Assembly (NCBI GenBank): GCA_028534125.1 | Contig: CM052816.1 | Coordinates: 69,380,001 to 69,444,000 of the forward strand | From: Lama glama | Taxonomy: Eukaryota | DNA: 64,000 nt | Direction: 5' to 3' | Shown here: positions 49,215 to 62,162 of the stretch, in pieces | Layout of the letters: each line of letters opens with the position of its first letter | How positions within the stretch are numbered: position 1 is the first letter of the stretch | Notes under the pieces: model-generated | Seen by the model: the letters and a program-made list of their open reading frames with translations, nothing else | What the model was told of the DNA's origin: nothing | Database searches by the model: none | Translations under genes and position numbers: made by a program

Positions 49215-51490
49215 TGTATCAATTGCCTATTGCTACATTAAAAATGACCCCCACATTTGAGAACTGACAACAACATTTATTATCTCACAGTTTCTAGGGT
49301 CAGGAATCCAGGAGTGGCTTAGTTGGATAGTTCTGACTCATGGGATTATATAGTCAAGCTGTCACCTGGATCTGAAGACTTCTGAAGGCTTGAAGTTGGA
49401 GAATCTGCTAAAGCTTATTCACATGATTGTTGACAAGCCTCAGTCCCTTATCCCTTGGAATTCTCCCCAGGGCTGTTCATTACTTGGTGGCTGGCTTCCC
49501 TCAGAGATGAAACCTGGCACAATGTTGGGGGGGACGCTCTGCAAGGGTGTGAATACCAAGAGAAGACCCCTTTGGAGGCTGGCTACCACAGTCTGCCATC
49601 TGTCTCCCCACACCTACCCTGTCGCCCCGCATATAAAATACACTCATCCCATCCCAAGACCTCTAAAGTTCTTGTCCCATTATAGCATGAACTCAAAGTC
49701 CAGAATCATGTCATCTAAATCAGGTCCAGGTTCATGGGAGGCTCCTCAGATCAAGTTCCTGTGTACAGTTCCTTGAGTATAGTTTCTCTTCATCCAAAAA
49801 CCTGTGAATTAAAGAGATATTTCACCTGCCCACATCATATGTTTCAACATACAATGGTGGAATGGGCATAGGATAAAAACCACAGGTATTATTTTTCAGA
49901 AAGGGAGGTTTAAATGGGAGGCACACAGGAGTTCCCATATCATCTCTGAGATCCAGCCAGGCAAGTGTTGGAAGTTCCATAGGACTCAGTCCTATTCCTA
50001 CCTAGGAATTATTCTCTATGGTTCTCAGTTGTACTTTTTGAACCATCCTTTCTTTTTCATGAAAGTTGGTACATGTATGCTGCTGAGTAATTTTCCAAGC
50101 CTGCTGTAGAATGGTGGTGGGGGAGCCTCTTCATTTTATATTCTTTCTGTTCCTTTGAGTTCTAGTTGGCAATGTTTCTGCTGATACAATTCTTTAAAAA
50201 CTTTGGTGAATCTCCTGGAAACTTAATTAGATCCATTCCATTGGACAAAAGTCACACCCACAAATCTCTTTGTGATAATTTCTTTCTCCATCTTGTGATT
50301 CAGCTGAGAAGCAGTGCTCCTAAGCTACTCAGATGCCTTATTGTTTGAGAGGATTTTAGGGTGAGTCTCACCCTAAAAAAACCTTAGAGGGCCTTTTATG
50401 TGACTAAACTTGTGCTCTGAGGTGCCACTTTGGATCTTTCTGATGTCATAACAAAGGATTTTATGGTCACACCCTTCCACTTCACCTTTAGACCATAATG
50501 ATGTCCTGGATTTAACCTTTGCTCTGAAGCCCTTTCTTAATTTGAGCATCGTTTGCCACTGGTAGAGGCTGGCAATTTCGCAACTAGTAAATCCTGGCTC
50601 CTTTTGCTGAATGGTTCTTCCTTTAGCTTTTCTTTGGCCTCTTGCATTTTATTATAAGAAGCTGGAAGAAACCAGGAGGACCTTCAGCATTCTGGCTGGA
50701 AATCTGCTGAATTCAATCGTCCAGTTCAGTAGATACATTTTCTGTCTTCCACATTACTGAAAACAAAAAGGTTGCTGAATTTTCTGCCACTATGTAATAA
50801 GGATTTACTGTCCTCCAATTTTCAGTAAGATTTTCCTTACTTTCTTTTGAACCCCAGCCAGCAGTCTGCTCAAAATTCTACCAACAGTCTGTTCAAGGCA
50901 ATTTAGGCTTTCGTTCTTTAACGTCTTTCCAGCTCCTGTCCACTGCCTGGTTCCTAAGCCACTGCTAAATTTTAGGTATTTGTTATGGTAGCACGCTGCT
51001 TCCAGGTACTTAAATCTGTATACTTATCTATTACAATAGGACAAATTACTTCTAAAAACTAGCAGCTTAAAGCAACACGTATTTATTGCCCAGCCTGATT
51101 TCTGAGGACCAGGAAGCCAGGAGCAGCTTAGCTGAGTTGCTGGGGCTCAGGGTCTCTCGTGAGGTTGCAGTCGAGGTGTCAGCTGAGGGTTCCATCTTCT
51201 GAAGGCTTCACTGGGGCTAACGGTCCCATGCCAGGCTCCCTCCCTTGGCTCGTTGTCATGTGGGCCTCTCTAGCGGACTCCTCATCACATGACAGCTGGC
51301 TGCCCCCAGAGTCAGTGATCTGTGAGAGAGAGGAGAGGCCACAGTGCCTTTCATAACACAGTACTGGGCATGACATATTGTCACTCCTGCCGTGTTGCGC
51401 TGGGTACACAGACTGCCTTGAACTGTGTGGGAGGGTGTGAATACCTGAAGTTGGGATCGTTGTGGGTAATTTTGGAGGCAGACTATCACA
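49215..51490 (-). mobile_element. Complete MaLR element (MLT1F-like LTR / internal / LTR)
   Basis: LTR 49215-49590 (ends ggtgtgaatacc...ttggaggctggctaccaca), internal region 49591-51016, LTR 51017-51490 (ends ggtgtgaatacc...ttggaggcagactatcaca). Degenerate 5-bp TSD aggtg/gggta. Confidence 0.85.
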
Positions 51491-52019
51491 GGGTATAGTT
51501 AGAAAAGGCACTCCTTTTTTTTTTTTCTTCCCAGAACCAACTGAAAGGGAGCTGCTATGCAGGAATTAAGCAGAGATCAGAATATTAACCTTGTCATTGA
51601 TAGAAGCTGAATTAGAGGAGGTGGCTTAGATATGTGGCCACACTGAGCTTCAGTCAAACCTCAGAATTAGACTGACTCACCCAATCACAGAAAGAAAAGA
51701 CAGCATCTTGCCTTGCCCAGATCAGTTTATCACATAATCAGCAAAACAAAACACATCTTTTCTGTGGTTTAAGGAACTCAAAGAGAGCAAAAGAAACACA
51801 CACTCAGGCTGGGGAAAAGAAAGTGGACAGAGTGGAAAAGGTACAGCAGGGTTCTTGTAAGGATGGCTCTTCCTCACGGACAGGAGGATGAGGAATGGAG
51901 GCACCTACCAGGGGTTTCTCTGAGGAGCTCAGCTCACCAGGGCTCAGGGAACAGCTTCAGGAGTCGCTTGTGCAAAACCTGCCCTGCCTCTTCTTCATCA
52001 GCTCAGAGCAGGTCTAACA

Positions 52020-52143
52020 CAGTGGAGTTCTCATACTCGCATTCAGATTGCTAGACTGACCCCTGGAGAATTTGCATTTCTTTACAAGTTCCCAGATGAT
52101 GCTGTTGCGGCCGACCTGACAAACTTTGCGAACCAACGGTCTA
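52020..52143. mobile_element. MER5A-like hAT fragment
   Basis: gagaatttgcatttctttacaagttcccagatgatgctg...actttgcgaacca. Confidence 0.7.
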
Positions 52144-52164
52144 ATGTTAGCCAAGTGCCCACAA

Positions 52165-52390
52165 TGGACAGGTGCTTTATATCCATTTCATTTTTCACTC
52201 ACGTGCTGGTTAGTCTTGATAACCATGTCAGGTAGATTTCATCAACCCTTTCCCTGCATTAGATGCACAAAGAGACTAAGGCTCAGAAGTAAAATGCTTG
52301 GCTCAGAAGTAAAATCTCATGGCTACACCCTGTAGCCATGCAAAGCCGATTTTCAAATCCAGATCAGACTCCAAAGCCTGTGGTCTTTTC
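52165..52390 (-). mobile_element. MIR SINE
   Basis: gtgctttatatccatt...agatgcacaaagagactaaggctcagaagt...tcagactccaaagcctgtggtcttt. Confidence 0.55.
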
Positions 52391-52679
52391 CTTTGCGCTT
52401 AGGCTGCCGAATATTGGTGGGAACCAGGGTGTAGCCTGAGATTAAACAGTAATTTGCTTTCCACTAACACTGCTTCTTCTTCACTTGCAGTCTTAAGCAC
52501 AATTTTCTCTGTCAAAATGAATTGTACCCTACGCAACTTGGTCTGTGTCCATGTACGTATGTCTTAGAGATAGGTAAATATGTTTACCTTTAAGGAGAAA
52601 GATGAAGATTATGACTTTACAGTGTACTGGCATTCTAACAATTCCATCAAAGAAGTTAGAAAATGACCAGCACAACCAG

Positions 52680-53108
52680 TATCTGGCCGTTTGCCCTCCA
52701 GATTTCTCCCTATACCATCTCACTGACCAGGAGATGGACCTCCATGAACTAAAAAGTTCCCCTTGCCCTCAGGTTTCCAAGTGGGTTCATCCTTCTGGCA
52801 GTGAGCAGAGGGACTCACTGCCCAAGTCCCTCCCTGTAGGGTCACCTGGACAGACTGCGTTCTTCCACAAAGGACTCTAGCCCTCAGAGCAGCTTCTCTG
52901 ACTGCCCTTTTCCTTCCAGGTTTCGGGAACTCCTCCCTCCCCTGTCCCTTCAGGCTGAGGGGCAGTAATAGCCCTCCGAGTCCTGTGCTTTCCCCGTGGT
53001 TTCCCTCACCTTGCCCACACCTTTGTCAACAATCCCCTTATGAGACTGCCTCCCTGGACTATCCTACCTTGAGTGTGCTTGCTCCTGCTGGGACCATCAG
53101 TGAACACC
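52680..53108 (+). mobile_element. ERVL LTR33-like LTR
   Basis: tttgccctccagat...ccttgccctcaggtttccaagtgggtt...ccttgcccacacctttgt...ttgagtgtgc...cctgctgggacc. Confidence 0.7.
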
Positions 53109-53565
53109 AATTTAGGTTCAGTTTATAATTTTGCTTTCTTGGAGCTAGTCCAGGCTCATGTCTTCCTCCTAGAAGCCAGCAACTTCCTAGGATTCCTACT
53201 GCCGCCCAGACAGTCATACCCTTGGTTTAAAGGTGCAAAATCCCACCTTCTGGCTCTTGTGTGTCCTGCCCTGTAGGTAGACCAAATGGCAAGAGGCCAC
53301 TTGGAAGGCTCTCCTGGCAAAATTCCTATCAAAACTCCTACAAAAATTGCTGCTGTGTTTCAGAACTCCACAGTTTTCTCCCTTTGACTAGGCATTTATT
53401 CCAACAGGAGGTAAATTATCCCTGGAAGAAAGATAGAGATAAAGTTGGCAGGCAGAGACATTTGTATTAAATGTTTCAGATTTTTTTTTTTAAATTTTGG
53501 CAGCTAGCTACAAGCCTGGTTTGAGAAAGGGGAAGATAAAATTCATCTAAATTCTATATTTTAGA

Positions 53566-54252
53566 ATAATGATTCTCAAGGTGCATGGGGAGGATGGTTT
53601 ACATTGTCTCCTGGAAGGCATTTTGGAAATTATGGGGAGTCGTTGATTGTGGACCATGGTCCAGGGATGCTAGCCTACCTGTGATTAAGGGATGGTTCGG
53701 TACAACATATACTAACCCCACAGGAACTTGAATGTCCTGAGAACGTTAATGCTGCTGGGAAAAAACAAAACAAAACTGCTTTCAATTATCTCAGTGAAAG
53801 ACTTATGTTTTCTTTTACATTAAAAAAAAGCATTTGTGTAGTGTAATATTTACTCAAATTTCCAGGAATGCAACTACTACACAAATTGAAGAACAATCTA
53901 TCATACATTTTGTTTGGATTTTACCAAGTTGGTCATGATTTGGAAAAACAACACAACTATCCATCTGCATTTGTATCTGTAGTTTCCCAAGTGATTCTAG
54001 AAAAATATTCAAGTGCCTCACAGGTGACTTCATTATGTCTTCTAGTGCAGTCAGGCCCTACTGCACGTACTGAAATGTAGAGAGAAAACCTCCCTACAAT
54101 TAAAAAATACATATGTAATATAATACACTAATGGAAATACAAAAGATCAATGCATAGATAGTTATATTAAATTTTCATTTGGAAATAGTCAACGATGTAT
54201 AGCAAAGTACTTTAGAAACGACTGTTGGATCTGATAGAGGTGAGACCCACAG
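53566..54252 (+). mobile_element. hAT-Charlie MER20B-like element
   Basis: gcattttggaaatt...ccagggatgctag...tttccaggaatgcaactac...acttcattatgtcttctagtg...ttggatctgatagaggtgagaccca. Confidence 0.8.
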
Positions 54253-54939
54253 ATCTGGAGCAAGGTGTTCTGATGACTGAGGTACCACCTTGGAGGATGT
54301 CCGCTGGCGGAAAATCCCTCTTTGGGATTTGAAAAAAGCCGCATGAAGTGAACAAGAAGGAAGCTTAGGTGTCATACACACTAGGCCTTATTTTTTATTG
54401 ATAATACTATTTTTCTTTGAACTGCCAACTCCTTGCATCTCCCTTTATCATCTGGCATGTCATAGATACCAGTGAATGTCAGAAAGAGTCACTCAACAAA
54501 AATCCCCTTTAATAAATTAAAGATACTACCATTTATTTCTTGAAATGCTGATCAGATAAGCAGCCGTGATTTATAACTTCCATGCAAAGAGATCGTGTAA
54601 TATTTTTATCACATTTTGTAACTTTGGTGAGTGTTACTTCCTATAAAACTTCAAATCCAAATTTGTAGTGTGAGTAGCCTGGTGAAAGGTTGTCGGGACA
54701 AAGTGATGGTTTCAAGGGGCCCAAATAAATCAGAAGCAGATGTGTTTTGTTATGGACATTATATTTCACTTCTTGACAGGTTAGGGAACATCTTAGGCAT
54801 TTTTTATATATCCTGAGTGGAATGATAGAGATCAACAAATCATCTGGAAACAGAGCTCCTTTATTAAAAAGGAAACTTTTTTTTTTTTACCCTAAGCCCC
54901 ACTCCCTTCTCCTGACACATTCCTGTTCATACTTTAAAT

Positions 54940-55165
54940 CTCAAGCCTCGCCAGACACCCCAAGTCAGGGATAGGAGTCCTTCATCGGCTCCCATAACAA
55001 CTAACACATTGTCACAAAAGATACAAGGGTGATTGTTTAATTACTTCGACTTTCCAACTAGACTCCATGCTCTGAGTGAGCAGGGATAAAAGCTTATTCA
55101 CTGTTGTTTCTCATACCGAGCACACAGTAGGTCATCAGTGCTTAGTCAGTCATTCAATGAGTTAA
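54940..55165 (+). mobile_element. LINE L2 3' end fragment
   Basis: caactagactccatgctctgagtgagcaggga...ttattcactgttgtttctcataccgagcacacagtaggt...tcaatgag. Confidence 0.6.
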
Positions 55166-55439
55166 GTAAGTACTTAGCATGCTGCCAAATGGCAATGTTG
55201 GCTTCTGCATTGCCCCACTGAGCAACCAAAAAGGACAGGATGCACCTGCAAGCCTGATTCCCATTGAACACCATCGGACTCAAGTTCTGTACTTTCTACA
55301 CCTCCTCCTCCAGGCCCCCAAATTCTTCTGTTGCGTCTATCAACTTCACCCCCAATTAAGCTGGAGTTTGGAAGTGTGGGAAGCTCTGTTCTTAGTCATT
55401 TGTTTGATCGTTCAGTTAAGTTGTGCTAACATTTTAACG

Positions 55440-55571
55440 TGCTGAGCCTCGCCTCCAGAGTTTCTAATTCAGGAGTTCTGGGAGGATGGGTGACAAGAAT
55501 CTGCATTTCTAACAAGTTCTCAAGTGATGCTGGTATTGCTGATCAGGGGACCACACTTTGAGAATCAGTGG
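55440..55571. mobile_element. MER5A hAT element
   Basis: ccagagtttctaattcagg...aagaatctgcatttctaacaagttctcaagtgatgctg...ggaccacactttgagaa. Confidence 0.8.
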
Positions 55572-55992
55572 CTGCGTGAGAAGTTTCAGCCACTGTTATC
55601 CTCACACCAGGTGTTTAAAGACGTCTCCAGTTTTGAATTTGAAAACTGTGTCCCTTGTTGTAAAACAGCTGTGGATATCAAAATGTAGGTAGAGAGATCA
55701 TGGGGTACCAAAAGGCTCCTGAATATTTTCCAAACTCCTTAGGATAAACCTGGTTCTGGCTTTTTGGTTAGGCTAGGGAAAAGGGAAAAGAGAATCAGAA
55801 GGCCAGTTCTCATGGAGCAGCCACGCTGAGACCTGGCAGGATAAATGATGATGGGCTAGTTTAGGATCTGAGGGCTCAGTCATCTTTGTGTATATCTGCC
55901 CACAGCAACCACATCCACCTCTTAGCTCTGCTTGAATGAGGACTTCACAATTCTAACAGCCTTAGCTGAATCTGAAGATATCCCAGCACATC

Positions 55993-56370
55993 TGTATTTT
56001 AGTCTGTTCAGGCTGCTGTAACAAAATACTAGAGACTAGTTGACTTATAAAGAACAGATATTTAATTTCTCACAGTTCTGGTATCTGGGAAATCCAAGAT
56101 CAAGGCACTGGCATATTTGGTATGTGGTGAGCCCCTTCCTGGTTTGTAGATGGCTGTCTTCTTGCTGTAACCCCACATGGTGGAAGGGGGCAAGGGAGCT
56201 CTCTGGGACCTGTTTTATAAGAGCACTGACACTTTTCACAAAAGTTCCACCCTCATGACCTAATTGCTTCCCAATGATCCTACCTCCAAACATCATCATA
56301 TTGAGTGTTAGAATTTAATATATGAAACTGGCTGGGGTGAGGGAAGGACTCAAGCATTCAGTCTTTAGCA
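55993..56370 (-). mobile_element. MaLR solo LTR (MLT1A-like)
   Basis: tgtattttagtctgttcaggctgctgtaacaaaatac...ccaagatcaaggcactggca...gacctaattgcttccc...cattcagtctttagca. Confidence 0.85.
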
Positions 56371-56616
56371 ATCTATTTTCCAAAACATTTGTTGTTTAGT
56401 TCAAATTTAGTTAGCATTTATTCCTTATTACGTAATAGGGGCAAAGTTTCTGACAAGATGTGGAGTTGAAATATATATTTTTAGCTGTCTTGCAGTGTGT
56501 GTGCTTTTTCTTAAATAAGTGATCTCTTTAAAATTACTGATCCGATAGCTGTTTAACTCTTGCCATATTTGCCATATAAGCAGCTACTTAAAAAAAAAAG
56601 TATGTCCTTTTCCTTT

Positions 56617-57215
56617 TGGAAAAAAGGGGATAAATAGCATATTGGATATCCTTCTGCTTGAACCTCTTAGGTTCAGTGCCGGGGGGCCCTGCAAATGAAA
56701 CTGACAAAAAGACAGATCAGCAGGAGAAAAATCATACACATTTTATTTGATGTTAATGTATTTATGTGGCATGGGAGGGTTTCATAAAAAAGAAGTGAAA
56801 AAATCCAAAGCAATGGTTAAACCTGAAATCTTGCATACCATTAGGTCAAAGAGCAATAAATGATAGAGATGTGACAAGACAAAAGAAGAGGATTTGGACT
56901 TCTATGGGCAGTATATTTGGGGACACTGAATATATGGCAGAAACTAATCAAAGATGAGGTTATTTCAGTAAGGTTTGTTTATGCAGATTCAAGTTGGTGC
57001 CGTCTCTAGGGATGAGGTATCTCCTCTTCCTAGGAGGAGAGAGGAGGGAGGGCTTCTTCACAAAGAGAAATTTCGGCCCTAATTTTAGGCAGAAAGGGAG
57101 GAGGTAGAGAGCTTTTCCTATGTCTGTTGTTTCTCAGTTGCCTGTAGCTCAAAATAATTCCTATCCCAAAGTTGCACATTTTAGGGTTGTGTGTTCTAAC
57201 CTCTTTACTTTCTAC
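56617..57215 (-). mobile_element. ERV1 MER34-like solo LTR
   Basis: ggggccctgcaaatgaaactgacaaaaagacagatcagcaggagaaaa...aggtttgtttatgcagatt...gctcaaaataattcctatcccaaagttgcacattttagggt. Confidence 0.75.
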
Positions 57216-57519
57216 AGTGTAAGCTCCCTTAAAAAAGGTAAGGATTTCCAGGATACTCATTCAAAACCCAATAGCTTCTTTCCACACATGACAAGGCCCG
57301 AATAGTGGCCTAAAATAGGAAGTACATTGATGATTATTAAAATTAAGAATTATTTCCTACACACCTGAGTTTGGGGCCAACATCTACACCCCCTGCACAC
57401 ACAGGCTTAATAACTATTAGTTATAGTGTTGATATCATAGAGTTTCTTAAATTGTGACTTTTTTTTCTTTAATCACTGAAGTCTTATCACTAAGTATTCT
57501 TTGGAAGATAATCAACCAG

Positions 57520-58850
57520 CTGTTTTTTATTTATCGATGGAATGTTTTGGGCATTCAGACTATGTATAATGAACACCTGTGACTCCACCATTATGCTTAA
57601 TAAATCAAACATGTTACTACTTTTTGAACCCTTTGTGACTTTCTCCTGAATTTCATCCCACTCTCTGAAGTATATGAAACAATAAATGTTTTTTAATAAC
57701 TATGTATATAAGCCCATAAAACAATCATTATTTTGCTTGTTTTAAGCTTTATGTAAATAGCATATTGGATATCCTTTTGCAACTGGTTTTTTACCCAGCA
57801 TCCTTTGAGACATGTTCATGTTGATATCCACAGTTCTAATTTACTAATATGTAAAACTATACCACAACTTGCCTAGTATTTTTCCAATTTACAGCAATTT
57901 TGCTTAAATCTTTGCTTTTATAAGGAATACCCAATGCATATTTTTATAAACACTTCCTTGCATGCATGTGCAAAAGTGTATCTAGAATAGAAGTTCTAAA
58001 TAATATTGCTGGATTTGCATAACTTCAAATTTCTAGATATTGTCAAATTGCTTTCCAAAGGGGTTGTTCCAACTTCACTCCTATTAGCGGTGTTTGACAG
58101 CTCCCACTCTTCTCTTAGTAATTGTCAGTTTTTATACTTTTTGCTAATTTGATGGGTGTGAAACAGTATATTACTTTAAAAATAAATTTTCCTGATTGCT
58201 GGAGAGGCTGAGCATCTTTTCATGGTTTATTGGCAACTATGTCCCTTTCTGTATAACAGCTTGTTTGCATTGTTTGCCCATTTTTCTTTAGGTCGTCTTA
58301 CTTTGAAAGAGCCTTCACTTTATCACTGTGTGTCACAAATGTCTTTCTCAGTCTGGAATTTTTTAATTTAATTTTGTTTTTTGCCATCTTAATATGTAGA
58401 AGTTTTTGTGCAGGCCAATTTTAGTGATTTCCATTGGCGTTTTGGTCTTACGTTTATGACCTAAGAGGTGGAGAATAATTTATATCCTACAATTTTTCTA
58501 AAAGTTTTACTTTTCACGATTAGGTCTTTAGTCTTTCTGAAATTGACTTGTTTATTGGTGTGAGATAGGGATCTAATTTGATTTTATTTTTTATGTGTAG
58601 AGAAGCATTTTTTTCTGGTAAGATTTACTAAGCAGTCCTTCCTCCCACTGATCTGTAATACCATGTCTGTCATGTTAGATGTACAGAGATGTATGGAGTC
58701 TGGTGCTGGGCTCTGTTCTCTTATTTTAAAATGATGATAAATAAAGCAAACTGGTAAAGTGGCCCTCCTCCCATCCACTTTCTTGTTGACCTCTAACATT
58801 TTGACCACAGGCAGTCCTTTGTTCTCCCATATAAATATAATATTAGTTAG
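57520..58850 (-). mobile_element. Old L1 (L1ME-like) 3'UTR and ORF2 C-terminal remnant
   Basis: tttaagctttatgtaaatagcat...agatattgtcaaattgctttccaaaggg...ttgctaatttgatgggtgtgaaa...aggctgagcatcttttcat...ggtgtgagatagggatctaattt. Confidence 0.75.
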
Positions 58851-59523
58851 GCAAGTGCACTTTTAAAACTAAAGAATTTTTAAAAACTAAATACTTGCAC
58901 CTGTTTTATTCACCATTTGGGGCATATCCTAGCTAGAAGAAATGCGTTTGAGGCTTTAAAAGTCCTGAGAACAACTATCCTGACACTTTCTGGAACAATT
59001 TCTGTGGTAGCTTTGGAGAGAGTGGCTTGGCCAAAACCTTTGTTTTTCTAATCCTAGGGAAGATACAAACTCATCAGTTGTGTGATGCTTCAAGTGATTT
59101 GCCCAAAGATCTCCCACTGAGATCTCCATGAACTTGCAGCTTGGATTACTTGGTGAGGTCACCCCATGCGGGTTTATGGGCAGATGGCCAACCTTTGACA
59201 CAAGGCTGCAGTCAGATCTCCGGAACAAGTACATACACATAAGCCTCCTCCTTGTCTATAGCTTGAACCTCTGGTCTGTATCAGTTGGGAGAGACTCCAA
59301 AGAAGTATATATATCAAGTCAGCCTGGCTTGATGTTGTCAAATAATTAAGCTCCAGGTAAGTTTTAGGACAGACAGCTTTTGTAAAAAGCCTATTTCCAT
59401 ATGTAATTTTCTACTGCAATAAGCTTAAGTAGAAAGGCCCTATTTGCCTTATAAAATTCTAACTTTAGTATAATTTGCAGCTAAATCTAAAATGAGAAGA
59501 GAACTTAAAGACATGTAGGTCAG

Positions 59524-59687
59524 TAGTAGTTCACAACCTTAACTGCTTTAGAATTTCCTGGGGAGTTTTTAAAACATCTCAATGCCCAGGCTGCATACTA
59601 AACTGCATTGCAAAGAGAGACACAAGTGCCAGTATTTTTAAAGTGGATTGACTAATTTCTTTGTGTAGCCAATGTTGAGAACCACTG
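59524..59687. mobile_element. MER5B-like hAT element
   Basis: tagttcacaacctt...tagaatttcctggggagtttttaaaa...tgcccaggctgc...gttgagaaccactg. Confidence 0.7.
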
Positions 59688-59747
59688 ACTTAGTTCAAAT
59701 CTTTAGCACTTTAAGAAAATGAGACTTCAGGAGGTTAAGTGACTTGC

Positions 59748-59968
59748 AATTGTGTTCTAAATTTACAGCATCTAATATGGTAGGCTTAGTCACATGTGGC
59801 TTTCTAAATTTAAATTTATTGGAGTGAAATAAAATTAAAAACTGAGTTCCTCAGATACACTAGCCACTTTTCAGGTCTGCAGTACTCACATGTAGCTAGT
59901 AGCTACCACATGGGACAGCACAGATAACAAGTTTCCATCATCACAGAAAGCTCCCTTGATCATTGCTG
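59748..59968. mobile_element. MER3/MER33-like hAT element
   Basis: tctaatatggtagg...tagtcacatgtggct...gttcctcagatacactagccac...cacatgtagctagtagctacc...tttccatcatcacagaaag. Confidence 0.75.
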
Positions 59969-60879
59969 TAACAAATCATTCCACGTGGATTTTTAACATC
60001 ATTCTTTGAAGCATGGCAGACAATGATCTTGTACCTAGCTGTAAGTTGGATTTGATTTCTATCCAGTTATTTTGTAACTTTAGAAGCATTAAAAATATTA
60101 TTACAGAATGATTAATATAATAGAATAATTTTTAAACACGTTAACTCAACATTAGCATGTATATCTGTAAAGCACCTAATACTACAATAAAAGCAACAGC
60201 ATCTCGGGCAAGTATAGAAAATGACTCAAATGTGAGATGCCTCACTCCATCTCCACCCCTCAAATCAGTGGATAATGATACAGGAGGCCAATTTTTTCTT
60301 GCTTGACAAGGAAAGCACATGGAGGAAGAAAGAAGGGGGAGCTCCAGTTTCCCAATGACTAATCCATTGGGCTCAGAGCCAACTCAAGTTTGTCTTAGGT
60401 ACTGTCTTGTCCCAAGGAGAGCATAAAGGAAGTTGGTAAAGGACAATCTCCTCTTCCTTATGTACTGGAAAAAAAAAAAACCATGAGAACTAACCTAGGT
60501 TCTGTAACAGGATTTACTACTATCAGTGTCTTTTTAAAAAATATTATAGGACAGATTTTTATCAAAACTTGACCTCTCATAGTAAACATGCCTTGGAACA
60601 GATTGCATAAAGCAGGTGTTGGTGTTAAAGAGATTCAGATCTGTTGTGCTGGTTGTATTTTTGTCACTGCAAGCAACATCAACATTTTATTAACTTTGTT
60701 TTTTCAGTTGTGTTATGAAATTGAAACTTCATACCACTGTGCCAGAATACATTGTTCCTTGTCTTGTGGCTTAAATTTTGTGTTCCCAAGTGCATGATAT
60801 CAAGCCATGAGATAGTCCTGCCTAGATCTGAACAGGAGGGGGCCAGAAAGCCAATAGTACAACAATAAGCCAACTGCAG

Positions 60880-61115
60880 TGATTGCAGGGTGCTAGGTAC
60901 TGTTCAAAGCATGGCATGTAGATGACATCATTTAATTCTCACAACAACCCACAGTGAGGTAACTGCTATTATTATCCTCATTTTACCAATGAAGAACTTG
61001 AAAGGCCAAGAAGTTAAGTAATTTGCCCAAGGCCACACAGCTCATGAGTGGTAGACTTGAACTTCCAACCTTAGCAGTCTGACTCTAGAGCCCAGCATCT
61101 TAACTGCTCTGCTCT
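60880..61115 (-). mobile_element. MIR SINE (near full length)
   Basis: catttaattctcacaacaaccc...attatcctcattttac...gttaagtaatttgcccaaggccacacagct...gcagtctgactctagagccc. Confidence 0.85.
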
Positions 61116-61880
61116 ACTATCAACATGTACATACTTCACGGTCATGTTTTTGGCCTGTGAAGGTCAAGATCAGAGACATTGGATTGGTCCACTGAAGTGG
61201 GCAAAAGAACCCCAGGGTGACCAGGTGCAGATGTGAGCATGTGTGGCCTTTACTCCAGGTTTGTTGGGGGGACCCCTCATCTTGACTGTGAGTTATCCCT
61301 TCTACTCCCTGGCACTACACACCCACGTTGCCTTTGCCAGGGCAACAGTGGTAGCTGCGACAAAAATTGTTACTGGAGACAAGGAAGGAGAAGGAGAGGA
61401 GCACAAAGTAAACAGCGGGAGCTGCAGATGCTCTCCCTAGGGCTTACACGATAGTCCCTGGTGTCTGGGCCCCAGACAGACTCCGGGGAGTAAGGTTTCC
61501 TGGCTCCAGGCCAGGGGCCGAGATGGACAGATAGCAGCATTAATTAGACCATTATATAACACATCCCCTTTCTTAAGGCCATATTCCCTCCTTGGTAACC
61601 ATTACAAATCTCAACATGTTTCCTTATTTCATCCAGGAAGATAAACAAGAAAGACAGCCTGTCCAAGTGTTGCTAGTTTCCCAGTCTGAGGGAACCAGAT
61701 TATTTTCTCCCCCAGACAGCAGCGCGCTGCTCCCCTCAGCAGTGAGGTGTTCCTTGGGTCTTTGAGACCCACTGTTTCTCTGCTTATTGTGCTCCAGACA
61801 AATACAACTCTCCCGCATAGCCTTGCTTTGAGCCCTTTGGACCTGCCCCACCCTCTGAAAGAGTCCATTTGTGTGTATAC

Positions 61881-62162
61881 AATAAACTTTATTATTTAGT
61901 GCAGTTTTAGGTTCACAGCAAAACTGAGCAGAAAGTAAAGAGGTTTCACATAGGCCCCCTCCCCCCACACCCATCCAGCCTCCCCCATTATCAACTTCCG
62001 CATCGAACTGGTGCCTTTACGACAGCTGATGAACCTACATGGACACATCATAATCACTCAAAGTCCATAGTTTACATAACCGTTCGCTTTTTATGGGTGT
62101 TGTCCATTTTATGGGTTTTGACAAATGTATTATGACCTGAACCCAACACTATAGTATCACTT
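61881..62162 (-). mobile_element. L1MC/L1MD-like 3' end
   Basis: gcagttttaggttcacagcaaaactgagcagaaagta...gatgaacctacatggacacatcat...aaagtccatagtttacat...tatgggttttgacaaatgtat. Confidence 0.82.
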
